A stretch of 64,000 nt of DNA from assembly GCA_035495255.1 (NCBI GenBank), contig DATJGD010000063.1:1-64000 (forward strand), in the 5' to 3' direction. The translations under genes were made by a program, and so were the position numbers. Of the stretch, positions 7,910 to 18,035 are shown in pieces (positions within the stretch are counted from its first letter, which is position 1; each line of letters opens with the position of its first letter). This DNA is from Bacteroidota bacterium (GTDB lineage Bacteria; Bacteroidota; Ignavibacteria; UBA10030; SZUA-254). The notes under the pieces were generated by a model. That model made no database searches. It saw only the letters and a program-made list of their open reading frames with translations, and was not told the DNA's origin.

Positions 7910-8110
7910 ATGAGCCGATTCACCGAATTGCGGGACCTGCTGAATAGCTACGAGAAGGATTTTATCAAGTTTTACGAGAAAGGCAACAAGTCCGCCGGAA
8001 CTCGCGTGCGAAAAGAGATGAACGAGCTGAAGAAAAAAGCTCAGGACATTCGCAAAGAGATCCAGGAAATCAAGCAAAAAGCGAAGGAATCCGAAGGCGG
8101 AGGAATGTAA
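7910..8110 (+). CDS. Histone H1-like nucleoid protein (Hc1 family)
   Basis: 66 aa, highly basic. The motif KGNKSAGTRVRKEMNELKK resembles the Hc1 N-terminal domain. A GGAGGG SD lies 7 nt upstream. Confidence 0.5.
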   Translation: MSRFTELRDLLNSYEKDFIKFYEKGNKSAGTRVRKEMNELKKKAQDIRKEIQEIKQKAKESEGGGM

Positions 8111-8229
8111 TTACTTTTTAGTTCGTGTTGGCAGGAGACTTTTTCGGTTCCGTTCGCGGGGCCGGGGAAGTCTCTTGCTCTTTATAGGGGCTTTTCGTTA
8201 GATTACTCCAACCTCACAACGGAATTCTC

Positions 8230-9414
8230 ATGAAGATTTTCATTCTGGCCGCCGCGGCCATGGTCTGCACTTGCCTTTCCTTTGGCCAGGTTGCGGATTA
8301 CAAAAGAATACATTTCGATGCGCTTGTCGTCGATACGCACAACGATGTCGTCCAGCGAATGCTCGGCGGAGAAGATATTTCGAAACTGACGCATCACGGC
8401 CAATCCGATCTTCCGCGGTGGAAGGAAGGAGGGTTGGATGTTCAGATGTTCTCAATCTGGGTGCCGCCGGAGCAGACAAAGAAAAGCTATTATGCGCAAT
8501 CGGATGAGCAGATCGATTCCGTCGAAAGCCTCGCGAGGAGGACCCCCGACCGCGTTGGCATGGCCTATTCCACTAAAGATATTCAACGGCTCGTCAAGGA
8601 GGGGAAATTTGCCGCAATGCTCGGAATGGAAGGGGGACATCCGATCGATAACGACCTGAAAAAGCTTGAGCATTTCTACAAGCGGGGCGTCCGCTACATG
8701 ACCTTAACTTGGAATAACAGCCTCGATTGGGCCACCTCGGCGAAGGACGAAACCGATCCCGAAGCCAAACTGCCGCACAAGGGACTGACACAATTCGGTA
8801 AAAAGGTCGTAAAAAAGATGAACGAACTTGGAATGATGGTCGATATTTCGCATGTCGGCGAACAAACATTCTGGGATGTACTGAAGGTTACCAGGAAACC
8901 GGTCATCGCATCGCATTCCTCTGCCTGGGCGCTCTGCCATCACAGGCGAAACCTTAAGGATGAACAGCTGAAGGCGATTAAGAAAAACGGAGGCGTGGTG
9001 TTTATTAACTTCTATCCGGCGTTCATCGACAGCACGTTTAACCGAAAAGAACAGGCCATGCAGGAACAGAATAAGGCGAAAATCGATTCCTTGAACAAAG
9101 CGGTCAAGGTAGAAGGCTTTCTCCAGGGACAGTATGTTGCGGAGCTTATGAAGGACGATTACGAGCCGTTCCGCCCGCCGCTCTCTACGCTCGTCGATCA
9201 TTTTGATTACGTTGCAAAGCTTATCGGCGTCGACCATGTCGGCATCGGATCTGACTTCGACGGTATAGAAGTAGCACCCAAAGACATGGATGATGTGACA
9301 CACTACCCAAACATTACCCGCGAACTCCTCAAGAGAGGGTATTCCGAATCTGATGTCAAAAAAATCCTCGGCGGGAACTTCATGAGGGTATTGAAAGAAG
9401 TCGAAAAGCATTGA
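8230..9414 (+). CDS. Membrane dipeptidase, peptidase family M19 (renal dipeptidase-like), secreted
   Basis: It has a signal peptide. DTHND and HVGIGSDFDG metal-binding motifs are present. Confidence 0.8.
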   Translation: MKIFILAAAAMVCTCLSFGQVADYKRIHFDALVVDTHNDVVQRMLGGEDISKLTHHGQSDLPRWKEGGLDVQMFSIWVPPEQTKKSYYAQSDEQIDSVESLARRTPDRVGMAYSTKDIQRLVKEGKFAAMLGMEGGHPIDNDLKKLEHFYKRGVRYMTLTWNNSLDWATSAKDETDPEAKLPHKGLTQFGKKVVKKMNELGMMVDISHVGEQTFWDVLKVTRKPVIASHSSAWALCHHRRNLKDEQLKAIKKNGGVVFINFYPAFIDSTFNRKEQAMQEQNKAKIDSLNKAVKVEGFLQGQYVAELMKDDYEPFRPPLSTLVDHFDYVAKLIGVDHVGIGSDFDGIEVAPKDMDDVTHYPNITRELLKRGYSESDVKKILGGNFMRVLKEVEKH

Positions 9415-10205
9415 TGAAGCCAACTGCCCGCACCCGGCTCGCTCTTTGCCTCTCCGCCATCGTCATGATGTCGGGATGCGGGACCTCGCTCACCTCATTG
9501 TACCCCCGTCTTGCACCATATAAGCCGTCAATGGCGTCCGGCGCGCTTCTCGCCGACTGCGTTATCGTCGACGACATGATGGGAGACACGAACAAGGTCG
9601 ATCTCATTTTGAATAAAAGCATGGGAGGGATGATTCTTACCTACTTTTCCGACAGAATGGAAGGAAAAGGATATCATATCGACAATGATATCCTCACCTC
9701 GGTCGGGCTGGCGATGGACCGGAATCAGGTCTACAAGGTGGCGCAATCGATACGGTCCCGGGAATTGAACCAGGAAGATTTACCGGTCGCTCTTCCTCCG
9801 TTTTACCTGAATGAAATATTCAATAGCGATTCGGCCGCAGGGAATCTCCGGGAGACATACGACGCGCTCGTCCATACTACGTCCCGCAGCGAAGGCTCTG
9901 CATCGTATGTTCCGTCTGCTGCGTCTGTCGGGAAGCAGACAGGCGCGGAGACGCTTCTCATCATTCTCCTGGGTGGATTCAACGTTGCCCCGAGCGAGCA
10001 ACTGGGGGATGAAATAACGAGCGATCTTGGCACCATTGGAAAGGTAGCTGGTCAGCGCGTATCTCAGGTGACGGTCGCATTTTATATACTCGACTCCCGG
10101 ACGGGTGAACTCCTGTGGGCCGATCAGAGGATCGCGCAGGGAGGGACAGTATATAAAGAGAAAATCCTCCTCCTCGCTGACAAAATACTTGACGCTCTTC
10201 CCTGA
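9414..10205 (+). CDS. Hypothetical lipoprotein
   Basis: It has a signal peptide with a lipobox-like MMSGCG. The start overlaps the M19 stop as TGATG. Confidence 0.5.
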   Translation: MKPTARTRLALCLSAIVMMSGCGTSLTSLYPRLAPYKPSMASGALLADCVIVDDMMGDTNKVDLILNKSMGGMILTYFSDRMEGKGYHIDNDILTSVGLAMDRNQVYKVAQSIRSRELNQEDLPVALPPFYLNEIFNSDSAAGNLRETYDALVHTTSRSEGSASYVPSAASVGKQTGAETLLIILLGGFNVAPSEQLGDEITSDLGTIGKVAGQRVSQVTVAFYILDSRTGELLWADQRIAQGGTVYKEKILLLADKILDALP

Positions 10206-10393
10206 TTCGGCTATTCTGGCCGAAATACGCTGAATTCCATACTTCCCCTTACCGTTGCAGGCTAATGAAGGGTGCTATATACCCTGATTTACCTATTGAC
10301 ACAAGTTTTCGATCTTCTTATATTTATTTTACGCATAACGCCTCCCCTTGTCTGTAATTCAGTGAACTATCCACAACGAAAGGAGTGTTCAGT

Positions 10394-10876
10394 ATGGAGT
10401 CGAAAAGGAAACCCGCGGAGGAACCGGCGACGAAGAAAAGATTTTCATTACGCAAACTCGCCAGCCAGCTGATTAAGACAAAGACGATAAAGCAGAAAGA
10501 ATTTATTTCCGCGACACCGGTCGAGATTTACGACGCCCTTCTCAACGACAAGAAACATTCGGCATTTACCGGAGCAAAAGCCACCTGCGATCGCCGCGTC
10601 GGCGGCAAATTCACGGCGTGGGACGGATACATTACCGGAAAAAACGTCAAGTTAGAGAACGGCCGCCGGATCATACAGGAATGGAAGACACAGGAATGGC
10701 CGCAGGGCTATCCTCCTTCCGTCATCGAATTCACATTCAAACAGAAGCGGAACGGTACGGTGGTAAATATGGTGCAGTCACTTGTTCCCTCGATCCAGGC
10801 TCCGAACTACGAGAAGGGTTGGAAAGATTACTACTGGCGCCCGCTGAAGAAATATTTCGGAAGAAAGACGCACTGA
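10394..10876 (+). CDS. SRPBCC / AHSA1-like (Bet v1 fold) protein
   Basis: About 160 aa. It resembles Activator-of-Hsp90-ATPase-like domains in pattern and length. An AAGGAG SD lies 8 nt upstream of the ATG at 10394. Confidence 0.45.
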   Translation: MESKRKPAEEPATKKRFSLRKLASQLIKTKTIKQKEFISATPVEIYDALLNDKKHSAFTGAKATCDRRVGGKFTAWDGYITGKNVKLENGRRIIQEWKTQEWPQGYPPSVIEFTFKQKRNGTVVNMVQSLVPSIQAPNYEKGWKDYYWRPLKKYFGRKTH

Positions 10877-10993
10877 AGATCGAAGTCCTTCGTTGATGTA
10901 CCCATTCTGATCTGCCGGGGAGTACTCCACAACTGCGGATAACTCTATCCGCAGATGCACCTCTCCATCACACTCTTAATCTCCTGGAATCTC

Positions 10994-11419
10994 ATGACCC
11001 GAAAAAACATTGCCATGATAGCGGTTGTTGCCGTAGTTGCCGCCGCATTAGGAATATATATTGTGAACAGCTTCATGACGAACCGGAGCGAGGGCAGCAT
11101 GGATGACAACCTCGCCCGTTTTGCTGCCGAAGCCAATAAAAACCTCCCCGTCATGGTCGACAAGGAAACGAGGCTGGATGCCACGGAGTTCGGAGGGAAC
11201 AAGAGGTTTATCTACTCGTATACGCTGGTGAACTATTCAAAATCCGACGTCGATACAAGCCTCTTTCGAAAGAGCATGCAGCCGACGCTGATCTCGAACT
11301 ATAAAACTAATCCCCAAATGCAGACGCTTCGCGACGAGAATGTCATCCTGCATTACCAGTACAAAGATAAGCAGGGTGAATTCCTGGTCGAACTTGTCGT
11401 CAGCCCTGCGATGTTTTAA
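10994..11419 (+). CDS. Hypothetical membrane-anchored protein
   Basis: It has one N-terminal TM helix (IAMIAVVAVVAAALGIYIV). I recognised no other motifs. Confidence 0.4.
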   Translation: MTRKNIAMIAVVAVVAAALGIYIVNSFMTNRSEGSMDDNLARFAAEANKNLPVMVDKETRLDATEFGGNKRFIYSYTLVNYSKSDVDTSLFRKSMQPTLISNYKTNPQMQTLRDENVILHYQYKDKQGEFLVELVVSPAMF

Positions 11420-11494
11420 TCGACTTTACCCCCGGACTACCCTGCGGAGGCCGGGGCGGACCTCTCTTGCCTAAGTGTCCGTTTCTGCGTATCT

Positions 11495-12904
11495 TTGAGC
11501 ATTACATATTTTCTCGCACTGATGAAACTTCTCTTCTGCTCTCTCCTTCTGTCGTTATCGGTATCCGCCTATACCCAACAGGATTCAGTCCTTAATTTCC
11601 CTGTTCTGGATGCGATGGCAATTCACGCCGGCGATTCGGCACACCCGGTTGCGCTGGTGAATAATACCTCTTCAATGCTCCTGGGGGAGACAAACGCGTT
11701 GAGCCAATATGCGTGGGACGGATTCATCGTGGCAGGCCGCGAAATGATGAAAGACTATGCCTTTCAGATGGACGATCTGTCGCTGCGGCGGGACGAAGTC
11801 ACCGATGTTGTCGTGTCGCCGTATTCCCTGACACGGTTCTATCGTAATGGTGTTGAGGAAAACGTCTATTTTCTGGATTCGGTCAATGCGCTGGTTGTTG
11901 ACCTCAAGAACGCCCGCGGAAAGGGGCTGTCGGTTCATCCTTCGTTCAGCGGCGGAACACACGATATCGATTTCTCACCTCTGTTCGAGCTCAATGTGCT
12001 TATGATTTCAAGAACCAATCATATGGTCCGGACAACAAAGGAAGATTACCCGGCCACGGTCGCGTTGTCGTTTCTCAATGAACTTTACTCGGCTGCGGCC
12101 TTCTATGAATCTCAGCCGGTCGGTTCATACTTTTCTCCGGCATATATCAGCACGGTCAAGCAGGACACCCTGCACCGGCTTCTCATTACCGTCGGGGATT
12201 CTCTCAAGGATGCCTACGTTCGATTAAAGCGGGTTGCCAAGAATTTCGACCAGATCAAGCTCAACACGGATGCGCGACGGGCTGGGTTTATCTCGGCAGT
12301 ATCGCCCGCCACAGCAGATTCGACAACCCGTCTTGCCTTCTCATGGGCGGCGGCGGGATCTGCCGCGCTCTGGTCGGGCAAAGAGAATGTAAAATATCTT
12401 CAACAGCCCGCCGGGGCCGGGGCGCCTTCCATTCCGGGATCCGAACTTTTCTATCTCAACGGCGGGATGAACTATCTGCGCGCCTTGCTGGCACTTCAGG
12501 ATACCGACATAACCCGTTCGTCGTACGGTGAAATCCGGGGTTCATCGGCGTCCTCGTACGATGTTTCCGGCTGGTCCGTCCTCGCCATCGATCGATATGT
12601 GAGAGCCTCTGCAGACTCAGGGCTTGCGCGACAGCTGTATCCCTCCGTCCGCCGGACGATCGACGGGACGCTGCGCTACCGGGCCGAGCAGAACGGACAA
12701 CTAAAACACGCGTGCATGGATGGACAGTCTGTTTCTCTCTACGGAAGCGCAAAGAAAGGAAAAGCGGCGTATGCGGGGGCGCAGGCGGTTTGGCTTGCTC
12801 AGTTGGATGCCGGAATACGTCTGGGAATACGCACGGGCGACGCTGCGTCAGCCGATAAATGGAAAAAAATCCGGGGCCGTCTCGCAAAAAGCTTGAGCAT
12901 GTGA
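11495..12904 (+). CDS. Hypothetical secreted protein (469 aa)
   Basis: It has a signal peptide. I recognised no catalytic motif. Its stop is 3 nt from the PhzF start. Confidence 0.5.
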   Translation: MSITYFLALMKLLFCSLLLSLSVSAYTQQDSVLNFPVLDAMAIHAGDSAHPVALVNNTSSMLLGETNALSQYAWDGFIVAGREMMKDYAFQMDDLSLRRDEVTDVVVSPYSLTRFYRNGVEENVYFLDSVNALVVDLKNARGKGLSVHPSFSGGTHDIDFSPLFELNVLMISRTNHMVRTTKEDYPATVALSFLNELYSAAAFYESQPVGSYFSPAYISTVKQDTLHRLLITVGDSLKDAYVRLKRVAKNFDQIKLNTDARRAGFISAVSPATADSTTRLAFSWAAAGSAALWSGKENVKYLQQPAGAGAPSIPGSELFYLNGGMNYLRALLALQDTDITRSSYGEIRGSSASSYDVSGWSVLAIDRYVRASADSGLARQLYPSVRRTIDGTLRYRAEQNGQLKHACMDGQSVSLYGSAKKGKAAYAGAQAVWLAQLDAGIRLGIRTGDAASADKWKKIRGRLAKSLSM

Positions 12905-12907
12905 ATT

Positions 12908-13699
12908 ATGTCAGTCCCCATTTACCAGGTAGATGCGTTCGTTTCAGACCGAAAGTTTTCCGGCAATCCTGCGGGTGTATGCATTCTTCCGGAGAAAGCG
13001 GATGACGCGTGGATGCAAAACGTGGCGATGGAAATGAATGTCTCCGAGACGGCATTTCTCGTGAAACGCTCCGATGGTTACGATCTTCGCTGGTTCACGC
13101 CGTCGGTGGAAGTCGCGCTCTGCGGGCACGCGACACTGGCGAGCGCGCATGTGCTCTGGGAGACGGGCCAGCTCGGCAAGGAAATGCCCGCACGGTTTCA
13201 CACGAAAAGCGGATTGCTTACCGCTGAACGGAGGGAAGAATTCGTCGAGATCGATCTTCCCGCAGTAGTCGAAGCTGCTGAGACCCCTCCGCCGGAGCTT
13301 CTCATCGCTCTGGGTATCACCGCACAGTACGCCGGGAAAAACCGATTCGACTACCTTATCGAGGTTGAGTCTGAGAGCATTGTTCGCGGCATCAGGCCGG
13401 ATTTCACTACGCTTCGAAAGCTACCGGTACGCGGAGTCATGGTGACGAGCCGTTCTCAAGATCCGGCATATGATATTGTCTCAAGGTTTTTTGCGCCGGG
13501 GGCTGGAGTGGATGAAGATCCCGTTACAGGGTCTGCACACTGCTGCCTTGCACCATATTGGAGTGCAAAGCTCGGCAAGACTGAACTTGTTGCGTACCAG
13601 GCGTCGCCGCGTGGCGGAGTACTGCATCTGAAAGTTGCCGGCGACCGGGTCAAACTTGCAGGCACCGCGGTTACGGCGTTACGAGGAGAGCTGCTCTAG
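12908..13699 (+). CDS. PhzF-family isomerase (phenazine biosynthesis-like protein)
   Basis: 263 aa. The N-terminal block is typical of the PhzF/YHI9 family (IYQVDAF.. ..GNPAGV.. ..ETAF.. ..LRWFTP..E..LCGHATLA). Confidence 0.8.
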   Translation: MSVPIYQVDAFVSDRKFSGNPAGVCILPEKADDAWMQNVAMEMNVSETAFLVKRSDGYDLRWFTPSVEVALCGHATLASAHVLWETGQLGKEMPARFHTKSGLLTAERREEFVEIDLPAVVEAAETPPPELLIALGITAQYAGKNRFDYLIEVESESIVRGIRPDFTTLRKLPVRGVMVTSRSQDPAYDIVSRFFAPGAGVDEDPVTGSAHCCLAPYWSAKLGKTELVAYQASPRGGVLHLKVAGDRVKLAGTAVTALRGELL

Positions 13700-15097
13700 A
13701 CTACCCCGGTTCCCCAGTTTCCCACATCCCCACAACACCAGGCTCACGGCTAATCCGGGATACATCGGCTCAATGCCGAGGAGATACGTCCCGCTCCGGC
13801 CGGCAGCATAGCTTTCCAACAGCCACAGAAGCGAAGTAAGCCATCCACACAGCATGGAGTAAAAGGCGTACCGCGCCGGAATGTGCAATGCGGGAAAATA
13901 ACTTGCAATCAGCGGCACAAGCAATCCCGGAATGATGATCGTCCCAATCGTGTACCAGATGCTGATGACGCTGGGGAGGAGAAGCGCCAGAAGAATTGAA
14001 AACATCAATGAAAGGATGAGGCCTATCTTCGTAAGCCGCGTCGAAAGCACTTCAGGCTGGCTTGTCGTGACGGACAATCTCATGACAATATCCCTTCCCA
14101 GCGTTTGAGCAGAAACAAACGCGAGTGTATTCAGCGTCGACATGATCGTGGCAAGCATGCCAACATAAAACACCCCTTTGGCGAACGGGGGTAAGACCGC
14201 CTCTGCCAGCATGGGGTACGCCGTGACCGGATTGGCGAGGTTCGGAAGTGCAGCCCGCGCGTAGAGGCCGGCGGTCGCGGTCATAAAATCGAAAACACAC
14301 CAGAAAATTATTGAAACAAGAATGCCCCGCTGAGCGACCTTTCCCGATGACGCGGCGTAACAGCGTTGATGGAACGCCGGATCTACAAGCGTCCAGAGGG
14401 CGATGAAAAACCAGACGATGATAAACTGCATTGAGTTTCCGCCGTGCCACGTCAAATGGAGCGGGGGCAAATGCGCTTTCAGATAGTCGAACCCGCCGTA
14501 GGTCATAACAGCATAGGGAAGGATCACCGCAAATCCGACAAACATGAGAATAAATTCGACCACGTCGGTTTCGACGTCAGCCCGGAATCCGCCGGCGTAG
14601 AGGTACGATATTGCGGTGACGGCAGTAACGAGAAGACTGATCAACAAATTCCATCCGAACAACATTTGAATAAAGACGCTGAGCATAAGGATGTAGGGGG
14701 CCGGGGTCATGAGAATGAATGTCAACCCCGCACCGAGGACCGCAGTCCGCTTGTCGTACGACTGTGCGAGCTTGTCAGGAATGGAGAAGAGGTTCGTGGC
14801 CCGCACCTTCTTCGCCAGAAAGAAGGCGAACACGGCTGCGAAAACGTAATACGGGACTCCCTGAATCACCCAATTAGATATTCCGTACCGGTAGGAAAAC
14901 TCTCCCACACCAAGGATGCCCCCGTACCAGGTCGAGACGAGTGTCATGACAAAGACAGGGAGGGTGAGCGATCTTCCCGCAAGAAGAAAATCCTCCTCAT
15001 CCGCGCTGCTCTTTTTCACGGTTCGAAAACCGACGTACATCACGAGCCCAAAATAGAGTACGATGACGACAATATCCGCAGCAGCGAGGTGAATCAT
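13679..15097 (-). CDS. Sodium:solute symporter (SSS) family transporter, candidate ThiV-like thiamine/precursor importer
   Basis: It has about 13 TM helices and an SSS-family pattern. It is the last gene of the TPP-riboswitch operon, translationally coupled to TPK. Confidence 0.7.
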   Translation of the reverse strand: MIHLAAADIVVIVLYFGLVMYVGFRTVKKSSADEEDFLLAGRSLTLPVFVMTLVSTWYGGILGVGEFSYRYGISNWVIQGVPYYVFAAVFAFFLAKKVRATNLFSIPDKLAQSYDKRTAVLGAGLTFILMTPAPYILMLSVFIQMLFGWNLLISLLVTAVTAISYLYAGGFRADVETDVVEFILMFVGFAVILPYAVMTYGGFDYLKAHLPPLHLTWHGGNSMQFIIVWFFIALWTLVDPAFHQRCYAASSGKVAQRGILVSIIFWCVFDFMTATAGLYARAALPNLANPVTAYPMLAEAVLPPFAKGVFYVGMLATIMSTLNTLAFVSAQTLGRDIVMRLSVTTSQPEVLSTRLTKIGLILSLMFSILLALLLPSVISIWYTIGTIIIPGLLVPLIASYFPALHIPARYAFYSMLCGWLTSLLWLLESYAAGRSGTYLLGIEPMYPGLAVSLVLWGCGKLGNRGSLEQLSS

Positions 15098-15729
15098 GCC
15101 CGGGAGAACAGATAGAGAAGAAGCGTTCCTTTTCTTACGCTGACGGTGACGGCGGAGGAGGTAGCCTGGTTACTGATCCCTTCGCGCTTGCCGAGTTCCA
15201 GTGTTTCATTGTTCAGCGGATACAGGAGGTTGCGGGTTGTAATACCGGAACACCGGTCAAGGGGAATAAGAGAAATCTTTTGGCCTTTTTTCGCCTCGAC
15301 TTTTATTGTTCCGTGAACACGAAGAAGCATTCCATAGGCATCGTGAAAACGCAGTTCGATTCTTTCCCCAAATTCTTTAAAGCATCCGAGGCTCCCCGTT
15401 GCGTGATCGATCCGTTCCCCCAGCGCGCCGACGATGTCTGCCTGCCGGACGCCGCGACGCACACAAAACGAGATCGCCTTCTCCAGATCGGTGCTCTCCT
15501 GATCTTCAATAAGGACAATCGGTACGCGGGAAAAGTGTTTTTTTGTCGCGGGAGAAATAGAATCGAGATCGCCGAGAATGATATCGGGCTTCAGGCGTCG
15601 TTTGCGTGCCTTGTTCGCACCTCCGTCGGCACAGACGATGAGACCGGCCGCGGCAACCAGCTTGCTCAGGTTTGGTTGCGCGGGGAGAGGGCCGTTGGCG
15701 ATGATAAGAGCGGTCTTTGCACCTGGCAT
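15094..15729 (-). CDS. thiN: Thiamine pyrophosphokinase (thiamin diphosphokinase, TPK)
   Basis: 211 aa. It shows the TPK catalytic domain pattern (IIANGP.., CADGGAN.., GDLDS) and a C-terminal thiamin-binding domain. Confidence 0.7.
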   Translation of the reverse strand: MPGAKTALIIANGPLPAQPNLSKLVAAAGLIVCADGGANKARKRRLKPDIILGDLDSISPATKKHFSRVPIVLIEDQESTDLEKAISFCVRRGVRQADIVGALGERIDHATGSLGCFKEFGERIELRFHDAYGMLLRVHGTIKVEAKKGQKISLIPLDRCSGITTRNLLYPLNNETLELGKREGISNQATSSAVTVSVRKGTLLLYLFSRA

Positions 15730-15732
15730 AGG

Positions 15733-17973
15733 TTAGTACGTTACTGTTACGCCGAGCAGATAATTGCGCTCCGCGGCGGGGAAAAAGGAATCCGACTCGC
15801 CACTTGTGAAATACAAATTATTGAACAGATTCCTGACTTCTGCCCGGAGGTTCAACTTGACGCCAAACGCCTTCTCAATTGTGTAGAGGAGGCTGGCATC
15901 GGTGACGCCATACGCATCGTTCTTAGTACCCTTAAAATTATCAGTATAAAATTCTCCGACATACCGTCCTGCCAGTGAAGCCGTGAACTGTTCATCGCGG
16001 TACATCAGGCGAAGATTCGCCAGGAAGTCGGGAAACCCGGCGATAGGATTGTCGTCGAGGACCGTCAGTGTACCGCCTTCTATCACAGAAGACCGGATAA
16101 ACCTGTTGCGGGAGAGCGACAGGTTGCCGCCGAGCTCCAATCGATCGAACGGCTTGCACGAAGCCTCGATCTCCATTCCCAGGTGCCGGGTTCGCTCAGC
16201 GTTGCCGGTAACCGGCTGGCCGAAAATATCCACCTGCCCGTTGTTCACGAGCTCATCGGTGAATTCCATCCAATAGAGGTTGAATGTGAAACGATAGTTT
16301 GAAGCCGCTACGCCGAATCCAGCCTCGACGTCGAGAAGGTGTTCCGGATTCGCGAGAGGCTTGGAAAAATCGAACGTGACGGCGCCTCCCGTGGTGTCGG
16401 CTGCGAACTGCGGCGTGGCGCCGAAGTAGGAATCCTCCGCGGCATAGAGATTGCGAAGCCTCGGCTCGCGCGAGGTGTACCCGATCGAAAGATACGTATT
16501 CGCCTTTTCGTTTATGTTATAATTAACTCCAAGGCGGGGATTGGCAAAGAAATAAGAATAACTGAAATTGTTGCCGAGAAATTTTTCATTTGCAACGCCG
16601 TAGCGATTATGAATCATCTGAACGTCGGCGAGAATATTCGTCTGCTCCGAGACCCGGTATAATTCGTGCGCATAGAATGAGAAGATGTCTTTTTCACCGT
16701 TATACTCGTAGAAGTGATAGTCCGGATCGAGGTTTGGCGGCAACCCTTCGGCAAATTGTATCTTTCCCCAGTGCGTCGAGCGGTGAATTCTTGCTTCTGC
16801 GCCGACGATGAGTTTGCCGCTCGTGTGATCGATTTCAATCCGGGGAAGCCATCCGAACTGTTTGTTGCCGACGAACGCACGCACGAGAGTATTCCCGGGA
16901 TTTTGAGATGCCGGAATACCGTAGCTGTACCCGATGCGGAGCATTGACGTGTCGGCCCATGACGCATCGTAATCGAAATACCCGTCTCCGGTATAATAGA
17001 AGAACGTGTTGGCGAGGGTCAGGGCTGGCGCGATGTGCCACTCGTTGAGGAGCTCGTAATGAGGCTGTGAAAAACTTTCGGCTTCCTGGAGACGCCGTTG
17101 CTGGACAAACGAATATGCCGATCCTGTCGAGTCAGTCTCCCATGCGGCGAGATTCTGCCGGCGCAGCGCAGGATCGTCGTTGACGAACTTCGGGAGCCCT
17201 GTGTACGCCAACCCGTCGGTCAGCGGGCCACCGAAAAAATGTATCCTCGTTGTCATATCCTTGTCGTAACGGACCGCACCTAAAAAATACGAATTAAGCT
17301 CAACCCACGAGTTCTCCCGGTAGCCGTCGCTGAGAATTTTTCCGAGCCTGCCATAAAAAAGATAGCGCTGGCCGACAAGCCCGGAGTTGAAGGTGGCGCC
17401 AAACTTCCGGGTAGTGAGGGCCGTTGCCTTGTCGCCATATTCCTGAAATCCGAATATCGATTCCAGAGAGACAGACGGGTTCAGCTCGAACGGGCTGGAA
17501 ATGAGATTCACCGATCCGCCGATCGCGGGGGGGCCGTAGAACGCGCTGCCGGCCCCGCGCTGGACCTGGATGCTTCCGGTGCTCGCAAGGAGATCCGGAA
17601 AGTCGATCCAGTAGACGTTGTGATCCTCAGGATCATTTTGCGGAATGCCGTTCACCATGACGGACAACCGCCGCTGATCGAACCCGCGCAGGTTGATATA
17701 ATTGTAGCCGATCCCGTTTCCATTCTCCGAGTAATAGGTAATCGACGGAAGCTCGGAAAGCAAGAGTGGAATGTCTTGAACCGAATACCTTGTCTTCAGC
17801 TGTTCGCCGTTGAGATTCGAAAAAGTTGCCGGCGTTTCCCGCTCGCGCGCCTCGACCGGGCTGATGGTCACTGTGGGGAGGGCGTAGACTGTGTCACGGG
17901 ACGTCGTTGTGGTATCCTGCGATCGTGCAGCAGAGGCCGGGATGAGGAACAGCAGTACAAGCAAGATCTTCAT
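15733..17973 (-). CDS. TonB-dependent outer-membrane receptor, candidate thiamine receptor
   Basis: 746 aa. It has a signal peptide, a TonB-box-like TVTISP, a plug domain and a 22-strand barrel. It lies directly downstream of the TPP riboswitch. Confidence 0.85.
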   Translation of the reverse strand: MKILLVLLFLIPASAARSQDTTTTSRDTVYALPTVTISPVEARERETPATFSNLNGEQLKTRYSVQDIPLLLSELPSITYYSENGNGIGYNYINLRGFDQRRLSVMVNGIPQNDPEDHNVYWIDFPDLLASTGSIQVQRGAGSAFYGPPAIGGSVNLISSPFELNPSVSLESIFGFQEYGDKATALTTRKFGATFNSGLVGQRYLFYGRLGKILSDGYRENSWVELNSYFLGAVRYDKDMTTRIHFFGGPLTDGLAYTGLPKFVNDDPALRRQNLAAWETDSTGSAYSFVQQRRLQEAESFSQPHYELLNEWHIAPALTLANTFFYYTGDGYFDYDASWADTSMLRIGYSYGIPASQNPGNTLVRAFVGNKQFGWLPRIEIDHTSGKLIVGAEARIHRSTHWGKIQFAEGLPPNLDPDYHFYEYNGEKDIFSFYAHELYRVSEQTNILADVQMIHNRYGVANEKFLGNNFSYSYFFANPRLGVNYNINEKANTYLSIGYTSREPRLRNLYAAEDSYFGATPQFAADTTGGAVTFDFSKPLANPEHLLDVEAGFGVAASNYRFTFNLYWMEFTDELVNNGQVDIFGQPVTGNAERTRHLGMEIEASCKPFDRLELGGNLSLSRNRFIRSSVIEGGTLTVLDDNPIAGFPDFLANLRLMYRDEQFTASLAGRYVGEFYTDNFKGTKNDAYGVTDASLLYTIEKAFGVKLNLRAEVRNLFNNLYFTSGESDSFFPAAERNYLLGVTVTY

Positions 17974-17990
17974 AATTGAGGAATACGTAG

Positions 17991-18030
17991 TTGAAAATAA
18001 AAATGCCGTTCTCAGAGCAAAGAAAACGGC
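17991..18030 (-). terminator. Intrinsic terminator forming the riboswitch expression platform
   Basis: The minus strand reads GCCGTT(TT)CT-ttgctctg-AGAACGGC followed by ATTTTTATTTT. It lies between the aptamer and the receptor ATG at 17973. Confidence 0.6.
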
Positions 18031-18035
18031 ACGAA

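Noticed and set aside
10206-10384. Possible riboswitch or structured RNA in the 179-nt leader of the SRPBCC gene
   Set aside because: It has only short hairpins (TTCGGC..GCCGAA and GGGTgctatatACCC). I recognised no conserved riboswitch core.
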